Shown here: positions 1 to 8,722 of the stretch, one piece after another
Position numbering within the stretch: the stretch's first letter is position 1
Layout: the number at the start of each line of letters is the position of its first letter
Translations under genes and position numbers: made by a program
Assembly: GCA_045643125.1 (NCBI GenBank)
Contig: JAZUKE010000036.1
Location: 1,318 to 65,317, forward strand
Origin: Eubacteriales bacterium
GTDB lineage: Bacteria > Bacillota > Clostridia > Oscillospirales > CAG-382
Reading direction: 5' to 3'
Length of the DNA: 64,000 nucleotides
The notes under the pieces: model-generated
The model's database searches: none
What the model was told of the DNA's origin: nothing
Seen by the model: only the letters and a program-made list of their open reading frames with translations

Positions 1-174
1 CTGGAACCATACCGATTTATCTTCGCTGTACTGCTTGCCTTCTTTATCGACGCAGGTGATATAGCCGCCGTACTCTTTATCGAGCAGGTCGCTCTTCATC
101 CAGAACGGGATGCAGTCGTCAAGCAGACGGCTTCTGTAAAAATTCTGATAAGATTTGAAAAGTTCTTTATTCAT
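1..174 (-). CDS. AGE-superfamily sugar 2-epimerase (N-acylglucosamine/cellobiose 2-epimerase-like), N-terminal 58 codons; the gene runs off the left edge
   Basis: ATG at complement 174-172. Translation MNKELFKSYQNFYRSRLLDDCIPFWMKSDLLDKEYGGYITCVDKEGKQYSEDKSVWFQ shows the (I/L)PFW...D.E.GG(F/Y)...D..G...K..W.Q N-terminal signature of AGE-family epimerases. Too short in this window to appear in the ORF track. Confidence 0.55.
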   Translation of the reverse strand, partial: MNKELFKSYQNFYRSRLLDDCIPFWMKSDLLDKEYGGYITCVDKEGKQYSEDKSVWFQ

Positions 175-256
175 AGTTTTACACACTCCTTTGAATTTAT
201 AATATCACAACGTGCAAAGAATGTCAACCGATGTTTTGCTTTTTTCGTTCAGCTTC

Positions 257-284
257 TTGACTTTTTGCGTTCAAAAAGTATAAT
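257..284 (+). promoter_or_regulatory. sigma-A type promoter for the MBL-fold gene
   Basis: TTGACT (257-262), 16-nt spacer, TATAAT (279-284). AAGGAG RBS at 299-304 and ATG at 315. Confidence 0.5.
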
Positions 285-314
285 AATTATATCAAATCAA
301 GGAGCTGACGTTTT

Positions 315-1997
315 ATGAAAGATATATCTTTTTTGTTTGACGACTTATCCCCCGTTTTCTGCGCCTGCAAGGACGGCGCGGCACTTTACCGCATAGACGA
401 TACCGATGGTCACACATACATAAGCCTTATCGGGAAAGCCCTCTCGAACGGCTTTTCGGTCTGCTCTTCCAACAAGATCGACGTAAACTTTTTCTGTGTA
501 CTTTCCTCGGGCGTCACCACGCTTTATGTGTCTTTTTCGGAGAAGGAAAAGACTGTCAGAGTTATCGAAAAAGAGAACGACGGCAAAGTTGATTCTCTCG
601 GCTTTGACGGCGAAAAGAAGTACGACGTGCTTCTCACTCAGCTTTCTCAGCCGTACTACGCACCCGACTGCGGTATGTCCTATGTGATCCGTCTTGACGA
701 CGGCAGATTCGTCATCATAGACGGCGGATTTGACGAATTCGAGAACGTGGATAAGCTGTGGGAGATTATTTCGTCGCAGAACGAAAGAGGCGGAAAACCC
801 GTCATTGCGGCGTGGTTCGTGTCGCACTCTCACGACGATCACTGCGGTGTCCCGCTTCATTTTATCGACAAATATTCCGATTCCTCCGTGATACAGAACG
901 TTCTTTACAACTGGGCTGTCCGCATAGACGGCTCGTCAAGGCATCCCGAAGTCAGATTCACCGAGGTGTGCAGTGAAAACAACGGAAAGATCAATGTAAA
1001 AACTCCGAGAACGGGCGAAAAATACGTTTTCGGCGGCGTTTCGTTTGAGATACTTTTCGTCGGCGAAGACCTCTACCCCGGTGAAATTGCGTCGCTCAAC
1101 GATTCGTCAATGGTCGTGAAGATGGTTTACGACGGGAAAACGGTGCTTTTCCCGGGCGATGCCCTCTCCGTTTCTTCCGATCTTATGTGTGCGAGATACG
1201 CTCCCGACGTTCTCAAATGCGATATACTCCAGCTCCCGCATCACGGCTATTACGGCGGCTCGGAAGCGTTGTTCACTTCGTGTGAACCTTCCGTGATATT
1301 CTGGTCCTGCCCCAACTATTGGTACCCCGTCGTCAGCAAATGGGGCGCAAACCCGATGCTCATTGAAAAAGACACCACAAAATATATCTACTGCTGCGGC
1401 AGAGTGGAAGTGACGCTCAACCTTTCCGACGAAAAGAATTATTTTCTCCCGTACGGCAACGACGAGTATTTCATAGAAAACAAGCATATCCTCCCCAAGC
1501 TCACGGACACCGTATATGAAGAAACCTTCCCCGAAGGAAGGCGCGTTTCGGATCTTCGCTGGTCGTGCCTTACCGGCGGCAGAACCGGCTATGGAACGGC
1601 AAAAATTGCGCTTGAAGACGGAAAATGCCTGCTTGACGCTCCCGACGACAGGTACACCGTGATCGAATTCGTACAGAATTGGGCAATGGAAAAGGTACCG
1701 TCTTACACGCTCGCTTTCAGCGGAAAAGTGAACGGCAGTTACGACACGTTCTCGCTCTTTTACGATTACGACACGCCCACCGTCTATTCCGACGAATACG
1801 CGCTGTCTCTCGGCATCCCCGCCGATTCGGCTTTTGAAGTGACGCTCGTGACCGATCCCGAAGCGAAAAAAGCCGTTCTGGGCGTAAACGGAAACGCGAA
1901 GGAAGTCCCGTTCAGGACAGCCGGAGGTCTGCATTTCATCCTCAAAGGCGCGTCTGTTGAGATAAACGGCATAAAAGTTGCGAAAAATTGTGATTGA
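315..1997 (+). CDS. stand-alone metallo-beta-lactamase-fold hydrolase of the ComEC-type subfamily with a C-terminal beta-sandwich-like extension (560 aa)
   Basis: HSHDDH (HxHxDH) motif at codons 825-842, then FPGDA and LQLPHHGYYGG blocks like the ComEC C-terminal MBL domain. No signal peptide. Good RBS. Confidence 0.7.
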   Translation: MKDISFLFDDLSPVFCACKDGAALYRIDDTDGHTYISLIGKALSNGFSVCSSNKIDVNFFCVLSSGVTTLYVSFSEKEKTVRVIEKENDGKVDSLGFDGEKKYDVLLTQLSQPYYAPDCGMSYVIRLDDGRFVIIDGGFDEFENVDKLWEIISSQNERGGKPVIAAWFVSHSHDDHCGVPLHFIDKYSDSSVIQNVLYNWAVRIDGSSRHPEVRFTEVCSENNGKINVKTPRTGEKYVFGGVSFEILFVGEDLYPGEIASLNDSSMVVKMVYDGKTVLFPGDALSVSSDLMCARYAPDVLKCDILQLPHHGYYGGSEALFTSCEPSVIFWSCPNYWYPVVSKWGANPMLIEKDTTKYIYCCGRVEVTLNLSDEKNYFLPYGNDEYFIENKHILPKLTDTVYEETFPEGRRVSDLRWSCLTGGRTGYGTAKIALEDGKCLLDAPDDRYTVIEFVQNWAMEKVPSYTLAFSGKVNGSYDTFSLFYDYDTPTVYSDEYALSLGIPADSAFEVTLVTDPEAKKAVLGVNGNAKEVPFRTAGGLHFILKGASVEINGIKVAKNCD

Positions 1998-2022
1998 CAT
2001 AAAGCAAAAATAATGATATAAT
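1994..2022 (+). promoter_or_regulatory. consensus extended -10 promoter for alaS
   Basis: TTGACA (1994-1999), 17-nt spacer, TGaTATAAT (TG 2014-2015, TATAAT 2017-2022). About 40 nt upstream of the alaS start. Confidence 0.6.
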
Positions 2023-2068
2023 AATTTGATTTTAATAAATATTCTATTCCGAAAGGACGTAAAACGAT

Positions 2069-4705
2069 ATGCACAGTATGTCTCTTAACGAGCTGCGCGA
2101 AAAATACCTTGCTTTCTTTGAATCCAAAGGACATCTTCGCCTGCCCTCGTTCCCTCTTGTTCCGCAGAACGATAACTCTCTTCTTCTCATAAATGCCGGT
2201 ATGGCTCCGCTCAAACCCTATTTCACGGGCGAAAAGCTGCCGCCGAGAAAGCGCGTCACGACCTGCCAGAAATGCGTCAGAACGCTCGACATCGAAAACG
2301 TCGGCAAGACCGCACGCCACGGCACCTACTTTGAAATGCTCGGCAACTTCTCTTTCGGCGACTATTTCAAGTCCGAAGCGATTCCCTGGGCTTGGGAATT
2401 CCTCACCAAAGTGCTTGAGATACCCGAAGACAGACTTTACATCACCATATACGAAAACGACGACGAAGCCAAAGAGATCTGGCTGAAGACCGGCGTTCCC
2501 GAAGACCGCATTTTCAGAATGGGCAAAGAAGACAACTTCTGGGAGATAGGCGCAGGCCCCTGCGGCCCCTGCTCGGAGATCCACTTTGACAGAGGCGAAA
2601 AGTACGGCTGCGGCAAGCCCGACTGCCATTTCCCGTGCGACTGCGACAGATTCATAGAAATATGGAACATAGTATTTACGCAGTTCGACGGCGACGGCAA
2701 CGGCAATTACACCAGACTTGCCAACCCCAATATCGACACGGGTATGGGACTTGAACGTCTTGCGTGCGTTATGCAGGATGTCGGCAACCTCTTTGAGACC
2801 GACACCGTCCGCAACATTATGCTCACCCTCAGCGATATCGCAGGCGTCAAGTATACCGGCGGCAGCACGAAGAACGATGTTTCGCTCCGCGTCATAACCG
2901 ACCACATCCGCACCGCCACCTTCCTTATCGGCGACGGCGTTCTGCCCTCCAACGAAGGCAGAGGATATATCCTCCGCCGCGTACTCAGACGTGCCTCCCG
3001 TCACGGCAGACTCCTCGGCATCAAGGGCAATTTCCTTGACAAGCTCTGCGAGACCGTCATTCACGAAAACGCTTCCGCTTATCCCGAACTCGTCGAAAGA
3101 GCCGCATACATCAAAAAGACCATCGCCACCGAAGAAGCCCGCTTCAGCCAGACTCTCGATTCCGGTCTTGTGATACTCGAAAAGATGATAGCCGACTGCA
3201 AAGCATCCTCCTCCGACGTACTTCCCGGCGACGACGTATTCAAGCTCTATGACACCTTCGGATTCCCGATCGACCTCACGAAAGAGCTTGCAAGCGAAAA
3301 CGGTCTTACCGTTGACGAAGACGGCTTCAAGGCTCTTATGCAGGAACAGCGCAAAAAGGCAAGAGAAGCACGCCTTGCGCTCGGCGACTTCGGCTGGACT
3401 GACGACAGCGCCAATATCGAAAAAACTCTCGTTACCGAATTCCTTGGCTACAAGACTCTTGAATCAGATTCCGAGATACTCTATATAATCAAAGACGGCG
3501 AACTTCAGTCGCGTCTTTCCGGCGGCAACGCCACTCTCGTGCTTGACCGCACTCCGTTCTACGGCGAATCCGGCGGTCAGGTCGGCGATACCGGCGTGAT
3601 CGTCACCGAAAGCGGCAAATTTGAAGTCACCGACACCAAGAAGACCGCAAACGGTCAGTTCATCCATATCGGTCACATAACCGAAGGCGAAATTTCGCTC
3701 GGAAAGTGCAAAGCGGAAGTCAACGAGGCAAGAAGACGCGCCATTATGCGAAACCACTCGTCCGTACATCTTCTTCAGGCAGCCCTGCGTAAAGTCCTCG
3801 GCACTCACGTCGAGCAGGCAGGCTCTTACGTTGACGACGCGAGAGCAAGATTTGACTTTACCCACAATTCCGCTCTTACAAAAGAAGAACTGCTCGAAGT
3901 CGAAAGACTCGTAAACGTCGAGATCCTCAAAGGCGACACGATAAGCTGCACCGAAATGCCAATAGAAGAAGCCAAAAAGACCGGCGCTATGGCACTTTTC
4001 GGAGAGAAATACGGCGATATCGTCAGAGTCGTCAAAATGGGTGACTTCTCCACCGAATTCTGCGGCGGTACTCACCTCGACAACACCGCAAAAGTCGGTA
4101 TGTTCAAGATACTCACCGAAGCGTCCGTTGCTTCCGGTGTCAGACGTATCGAAGCCATAACCGGGCTGAACGTACTCAACTACATCTACGACGAAGAAAA
4201 GACCATAAACGGCGTTGCTTCCACTCTCAAAGCCGCAAACGTGAACGAACTTGAACACAGAGCGGAAGGCGTTATGAACGAACTGAAAAACGCAAAGAAA
4301 GCACTTGAAAGCGCAAACGAAGCCGCGGCTTCCGCAAAGATCGACGAATCTTACGAAAACGGCGTCGTTATCGGAGATGTCAAGGTCGTCAAGGCATCGT
4401 TCGCCGGCATCCCCGTTGACGTGCTTCGCAGCTCCGCCGACAAACTGCTCGACAAGCATCCCGAAGTCGTTGCCGTGTTTGCTACCGTCAGTGACGGCAA
4501 GGTGCTGTTCACAGCCGCCTGCGGCAAACAGGCGCTTGAAGCCAAAGCAAACGCCGGCAAGATACTTTCCGCCATTTCCCCGATAGTCGGCGGAGGCGGA
4601 GGCGGTCGTCCCGACAGAGCTTCCAGCGGCGGCAAGAACCCCGAAAAACTCGCCGATGCGCTTAACTCCGTCGATGACGTTGTTAAATCTCAGATCGGAG
4701 GCTAA
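2069..4705 (+). CDS. alaS: alanine--tRNA ligase
   Basis: 878 aa. N-terminus LNELREKYLAFFESKGH, then QKCVR, FEMLGNFSFGDYFK and WNIVFTQF class-II core blocks. Editing-domain HSSVHLL...CGGTH motifs and a C-terminal DHHA1-like GGGGGGRPD. Confidence 0.97.
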   Translation: MHSMSLNELREKYLAFFESKGHLRLPSFPLVPQNDNSLLLINAGMAPLKPYFTGEKLPPRKRVTTCQKCVRTLDIENVGKTARHGTYFEMLGNFSFGDYFKSEAIPWAWEFLTKVLEIPEDRLYITIYENDDEAKEIWLKTGVPEDRIFRMGKEDNFWEIGAGPCGPCSEIHFDRGEKYGCGKPDCHFPCDCDRFIEIWNIVFTQFDGDGNGNYTRLANPNIDTGMGLERLACVMQDVGNLFETDTVRNIMLTLSDIAGVKYTGGSTKNDVSLRVITDHIRTATFLIGDGVLPSNEGRGYILRRVLRRASRHGRLLGIKGNFLDKLCETVIHENASAYPELVERAAYIKKTIATEEARFSQTLDSGLVILEKMIADCKASSSDVLPGDDVFKLYDTFGFPIDLTKELASENGLTVDEDGFKALMQEQRKKAREARLALGDFGWTDDSANIEKTLVTEFLGYKTLESDSEILYIIKDGELQSRLSGGNATLVLDRTPFYGESGGQVGDTGVIVTESGKFEVTDTKKTANGQFIHIGHITEGEISLGKCKAEVNEARRRAIMRNHSSVHLLQAALRKVLGTHVEQAGSYVDDARARFDFTHNSALTKEELLEVERLVNVEILKGDTISCTEMPIEEAKKTGAMALFGEKYGDIVRVVKMGDFSTEFCGGTHLDNTAKVGMFKILTEASVASGVRRIEAITGLNVLNYIYDEEKTINGVASTLKAANVNELEHRAEGVMNELKNAKKALESANEAAASAKIDESYENGVVIGDVKVVKASFAGIPVDVLRSSADKLLDKHPEVVAVFATVSDGKVLFTAACGKQALEAKANAGKILSAISPIVGGGGGGRPDRASSGGKNPEKLADALNSVDDVVKSQIGG

Positions 4706-4708
4706 AAA

Positions 4709-5047
4709 ATGGACTGCCTTTTCTGTAAAATAATAAACGGCGATATCCCCTCCGCAAAGGTATATGAAAACGAATACGTCTATGCGTTCAAGGACATAAA
4801 TCCCAACGCGCCCGTACACGTTCTCGTCGTTCCCAAAACGCACATCGCGTCGGTCGATGAGATAAACGCGGACAACGTATCGCTTGCTTCCGAAGTTCTC
4901 AAAGCCATTCCCGTTATTGCAAAGCTCTGCGGACTTGAAAACGGCTACCGTGTCGTCACCAACGTGGGCGAAGACGGCTGCCAGTCCGTAAAACATATGC
5001 ACTTCCACATCCTCGGCGGCAAAAAGCTCGCCGAAAGACTCAACTGA
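4709..5047 (+). CDS. HIT-family (histidine triad) nucleotide hydrolase
   Basis: 112 aa. CLFCKII N-terminus and histidine triad HMHFHILGG. Starts 4 nt after the alaS stop. Confidence 0.9.
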   Translation: MDCLFCKIINGDIPSAKVYENEYVYAFKDINPNAPVHVLVVPKTHIASVDEINADNVSLASEVLKAIPVIAKLCGLENGYRVVTNVGEDGCQSVKHMHFHILGGKKLAERLN

Positions 5048-5070
5048 AATTATTGAATGGGTGATCGAGA

Positions 5071-7095
5071 TTGCTGAAAAACCGTGTTCTTCCGATCGGC
5101 GTACTGCTGTTCGTATGCGGTGCCGCAATATCGGTCTATACCGACGGGTACGTTTTCCCGTTGTGTTTTGCCGCGCTTACCGTATCGTGCAGCCTTATCT
5201 GCGCGATACGGTTTCTTCGTTTGCGAACCGCTCTTGTGCTTGGTCTGCTTCCGCTTGCGGCGTTTTTATATGTGAATCTCTATTCCGTGTTCTTCGTACC
5301 GCATAGCAGCGTATCGGGCGAAGCTTACGCGGTCGTCACAAGCGAAGCAAGTTATTACAGCGGAAGAAAGCTCGTCGCCTCGGTCACGTCGTCGGACGTG
5401 ATAAAAAGCGGAAAAGATATCGTTTTCTATTCCCCGGACGACAAAAGCATCACTTTCGGCGACATCGTATATCTGAAAGGAAAGTTCCGCGTTCTCGATT
5501 CATCGCCGTCTGCTCTTGCGGCAAAAACTTATTACAGCTTCAGCGGCGACGCTTATTACATAGACAAGGACGACGGCTTTTTCATCGGTCTGCGGCGGCG
5601 CATCATTGAGAAATGCGACGAATACCTCGGTAAATTTTCGCCGGTGGTAAAGGCGATAACTATCGCCGACAAATCGGGCATTACGTCTTCCGACTACAAA
5701 AAATACAGCGTTTCCGGCGTTTCGCACATACTCGCGGTGTCGGGACTGCATCTGACGATAGCCGTAATGGCGCTCTACTCGCTGATAAAGAGGAAGATCG
5801 GCAGCAAATATATCGTCTGCGCTCTCGGATGCTTTATCGTGTTCGTTTTTCTTTCGATATCGGCGTTTCCGGTGTCGTCCGTTCGGGCGGGAATAATGCT
5901 CTGCCTTATGTTCGTTTCAAATATGATAACGGAAAAACGCGACTCGTTCACTTCTCTTTTCGCGTCGGTCTTCGTAATTCTGCTTTTCAACCCGTTTGCC
6001 GTCGCGTCGCTGTCGCTCCAACTGTCGTTTCTGGCTACTCTCGGAATTATCGCCGTGTCAAACGCGTCCACTCTGTTCCGCAAGCCCGCGTCGGGGACGC
6101 TTAAATATCTGTATGAATATATCTTCGTGCCGATACGCTTCACTCTGTCGTCGCTTGTGTTCACTTTTCCCGTCACGCTTACGTCGTTCGGCACGGTCTC
6201 GGTGATCTCACCGTTTTCGTCCGTCGTCGTCAGCCTGCTGTTTCCGTTTTACCTTTCGTTTTCATACCTCTTCTGCTTTTTGTCTCTCATCTTTCCGCCT
6301 GCCGCGAAGACGGTGTCCGTTGTCGTCGTATTTTTTGCAAAACTGTTCGGAAAAACCGTTGATTTTCTTTCCTCTTTCCGCTATTCGTCGGTCAATGTCG
6401 AAAGCGGAACGGGAACGGTGCTGCTTGTGATCTCGCTTGTCTGTATCGCTTTGATGCTTACGGTAAAGAAAAAGTATTTTGCCTTTCTGTTTTATTCGTC
6501 CGTCTGCGTGATGACGCTTGCGGTGTCGCTCCACATAGTGTCGGGCACGTTTTCGGGAAGCAGGGCTTTCTATTACGATTCGTCCGACGGATATGCGGTC
6601 ATCGCCGTTTCCGGCAGCGAATGTGTGTATATCGACGACGGAGAGATAGATAATTCCGATTCGCTTATCTCAAAAGCCGGTAAAACTTATGCTGTCAAAG
6701 CCGTTTTCCGTACCGTCAACGCATCGACTGCCGCAAAAGCCGAATATTTTATGAGCTGTATGGGAACGGAAACTATTTATCTTGTAAAAACCGAAGACGA
6801 AAACGCTCTTCCGTATATTGATAAAATTTTGGACTTGGCAAATCAAAACAGTTGTGATATAATATACGAAACGGATTTTTCGTTCACGGCGGGTGACATA
6901 TCCGTCACGGTCACGCAGTCTGCGACGGAAATAGGTCGCGCCGGTGAATATGTCTGTATCGCCGACGGCGATATCACGGGCGGTGCCCCGTATGACGAAA
7001 AAGTCATCCTTCCGCTTTGCAATTCCGCACTTGCCGAATTTTACGAAAACGCTTATACTTATCCCAAAGGAAGTTTCAGCACGCTGTTTGATTAG
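5071..7095 (+). CDS. comEC: ComEC/Rec2 DNA-internalisation channel protein; the C-terminal MBL-like domain is degenerate
   Basis: 674 aa with a TTG start. Polytopic membrane core with the competence-domain block YSVSGVSHILAVSGLHL. The C-terminal ~175 aa keep an MBL-like strand pattern but contain no histidine. Confidence 0.85.
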   Translation: MLKNRVLPIGVLLFVCGAAISVYTDGYVFPLCFAALTVSCSLICAIRFLRLRTALVLGLLPLAAFLYVNLYSVFFVPHSSVSGEAYAVVTSEASYYSGRKLVASVTSSDVIKSGKDIVFYSPDDKSITFGDIVYLKGKFRVLDSSPSALAAKTYYSFSGDAYYIDKDDGFFIGLRRRIIEKCDEYLGKFSPVVKAITIADKSGITSSDYKKYSVSGVSHILAVSGLHLTIAVMALYSLIKRKIGSKYIVCALGCFIVFVFLSISAFPVSSVRAGIMLCLMFVSNMITEKRDSFTSLFASVFVILLFNPFAVASLSLQLSFLATLGIIAVSNASTLFRKPASGTLKYLYEYIFVPIRFTLSSLVFTFPVTLTSFGTVSVISPFSSVVVSLLFPFYLSFSYLFCFLSLIFPPAAKTVSVVVVFFAKLFGKTVDFLSSFRYSSVNVESGTGTVLLVISLVCIALMLTVKKKYFAFLFYSSVCVMTLAVSLHIVSGTFSGSRAFYYDSSDGYAVIAVSGSECVYIDDGEIDNSDSLISKAGKTYAVKAVFRTVNASTAAKAEYFMSCMGTETIYLVKTEDENALPYIDKILDLANQNSCDIIYETDFSFTAGDISVTVTQSATEIGRAGEYVCIADGDITGGAPYDEKVILPLCNSALAEFYENAYTYPKGSFSTLFD

Positions 7096-7104
7096 GAGAA
7101 AAAT

Positions 7105-8145
7105 ATGGGACTTACGGAACTGACCGCAAAACTCAAAACAAAGAATATCACGGGCGTATATTTCTTTTACGGCGACGAGGAATACACAAAGGATTTCTAT
7201 ATCCGCAAACTCCGCTCCTACTGCGATTCCGCTCCGTCGCCCGAATACGCGGACGTCGTCCTTGACGGCGCGTCCCTCACTCCCGATCTCCTCGGCGACA
7301 CCATCGACACGCCCGCTTTTATGTCCGAATGGAAGATTGTCGAAGTGAACGATTTTCCGCTCAATCAGACGCCTGCCCGCCTTACGGCGTTTGCCGACAT
7401 TCTGTCGTCCGTCCCTTACGGCGTCGCCGTATTGTTCATCTACCGCGCAGGCAATTTCGATGCCTCGGTATTCACCAAGAACAAGGACGGCACGAACGAA
7501 CTTGTCGATTTCTTCGCAAAGTCGTGCATAAACGTCGAATTTGAATTGCAGACCGGCGCCAAGCTGACACAATGGATATCCAAGCATTTCAAAGCAGAAA
7601 ACGTGGAAATAACCGAACGCGCCGTGGACTTTCTGCCCGAATACTGCGGCAGCGATATGTATATCCTTTCGGGAGAAATAGAAAAACTCTGCTCATTTTA
7701 CAACGGTCAGACGCTTACCGAAAACGACGTGAAGAACGTCTGCTGCCCGAACAGTGAATACCGCCTTTACGATATAGTGAACTGCCTTTCCTCGGGCAGC
7801 GTCAATAGACTGAAAAACGTATATGACGGACTTGTTTATTCAAAGGTCTCGCCGGAGATCATACTCGGCACGGTGTCTGGCTATTTCTGCGATATGCTTT
7901 CGGTAAAGACCGCTATCGCCGACGGAGTGCCGCAGGCAGAAGTCAAAAAGCGTCTCGGTATGCAGGACTGGCAGTACAACCGCACCGTAAACGCCGTAAA
8001 AAACGTATCGGCGTCGTTCATCAGCAGCGCGATCGACGAATGCCGCAGGACAGACGAAACGGTGAAAACTCATTCGTCCGATCCTTATGTGATGATAGAA
8101 ATCGCACTTTTCAGGATATTGTCTTATGCAAAGAAAAACGCTTGA
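7105..8145 (+). CDS. holA: DNA polymerase III delta subunit
   Basis: 346 aa. Typical position directly after comEC. N-terminal GVYFFYGDEEY block typical of HolA. RBS AGGAGA. Confidence 0.85.
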   Translation: MGLTELTAKLKTKNITGVYFFYGDEEYTKDFYIRKLRSYCDSAPSPEYADVVLDGASLTPDLLGDTIDTPAFMSEWKIVEVNDFPLNQTPARLTAFADILSSVPYGVAVLFIYRAGNFDASVFTKNKDGTNELVDFFAKSCINVEFELQTGAKLTQWISKHFKAENVEITERAVDFLPEYCGSDMYILSGEIEKLCSFYNGQTLTENDVKNVCCPNSEYRLYDIVNCLSSGSVNRLKNVYDGLVYSKVSPEIILGTVSGYFCDMLSVKTAIADGVPQAEVKKRLGMQDWQYNRTVNAVKNVSASFISSAIDECRRTDETVKTHSSDPYVMIEIALFRILSYAKKNA

Positions 8146-8722
8146 ACTGTCTTACCCAATAGTCGTTGAGGGTAAATACGACAAAATAAGGCTTGCAGGT
8201 TTTGTTTCGTCGCCGATAATCACGCTCGGCGGATTTTCGGCTTTCAATTCAAAAGAAACGATCGAAACCCTCAGAACCTTCGGCAAAAACGGGCTTATCA
8301 TACTCACCGACAGCGACAAAGCCGGAGTGTTCATCAGAGGAAAACTCAAAGGACTGCTCGGGAACGTAAAACTGATAAACGTCTATACTCCCGTCATAAA
8401 AGGCAGCGATTCAAGGCGCAATCACGTCGTAAAGGACGGTGTCCTCGGCGTGGAAAGCGTTGACAGCGATATCCTTTACGATCTGCTGAAACCGCTTGAA
8501 AATCAAACTCCGAAAAAAGCTTTTCTTACAAGGAGCGTCGCTTTTGCCGACGGTATCTGCGGCAGAAACGAAAGCTCGGTCATACGCAAAAAGCTGTGCC
8601 GTGAATTCGCCATCCCCGAATCGGTGAACGCAAATATGCTCATCGAATACATAAACGCCTTTGTAAGCGAAGACGATTACCGCAAAACGCTCGAAAACGT
8701 CGCAAAGGAGCAAACCAAATGA
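8126..8722 (+). CDS. small Toprim-domain protein (DUF4093 / RNase M5-like)
   Basis: 198 aa. IVVEGKYDKIRL ... LIILTDSDKAGVFIRGKLK matches the Toprim E...DxD pattern. Overlaps the holA 3' end by 20 nt and is coupled to mtaB by an ATGA overlap. Confidence 0.65.
   Translation: MQRKTLELSYPIVVEGKYDKIRLAGFVSSPIITLGGFSAFNSKETIETLRTFGKNGLIILTDSDKAGVFIRGKLKGLLGNVKLINVYTPVIKGSDSRRNHVVKDGVLGVESVDSDILYDLLKPLENQTPKKAFLTRSVAFADGICGRNESSVIRKKLCREFAIPESVNANMLIEYINAFVSEDDYRKTLENVAKEQTK

Noticed and set aside
315-1997. The MBL-fold protein as an antibiotic-resistance beta-lactamase.
   Set aside because: It has no signal peptide. It is 560 aa with extra domains, and the HHG block resembles ComEC-type nucleases/hydrolases rather than class B beta-lactamases.
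1998-2068. T-box or other riboswitch leader upstream of alaS.
   Set aside because: The predicted promoter leaves a 5' UTR of only ~40 nt, far too short for a T-box (over 200 nt). No specifier/antiterminator structure is visible.
8126-8722. The Toprim-domain protein as a possible defence nuclease (OLD/Gabija-like).
   Set aside because: It is only 198 aa with no ATPase domain. It is embedded by overlaps in the housekeeping comEC-holA-mtaB unit, and its sequence pattern fits the small DUF4093/RNase M5-like Toprim proteins.
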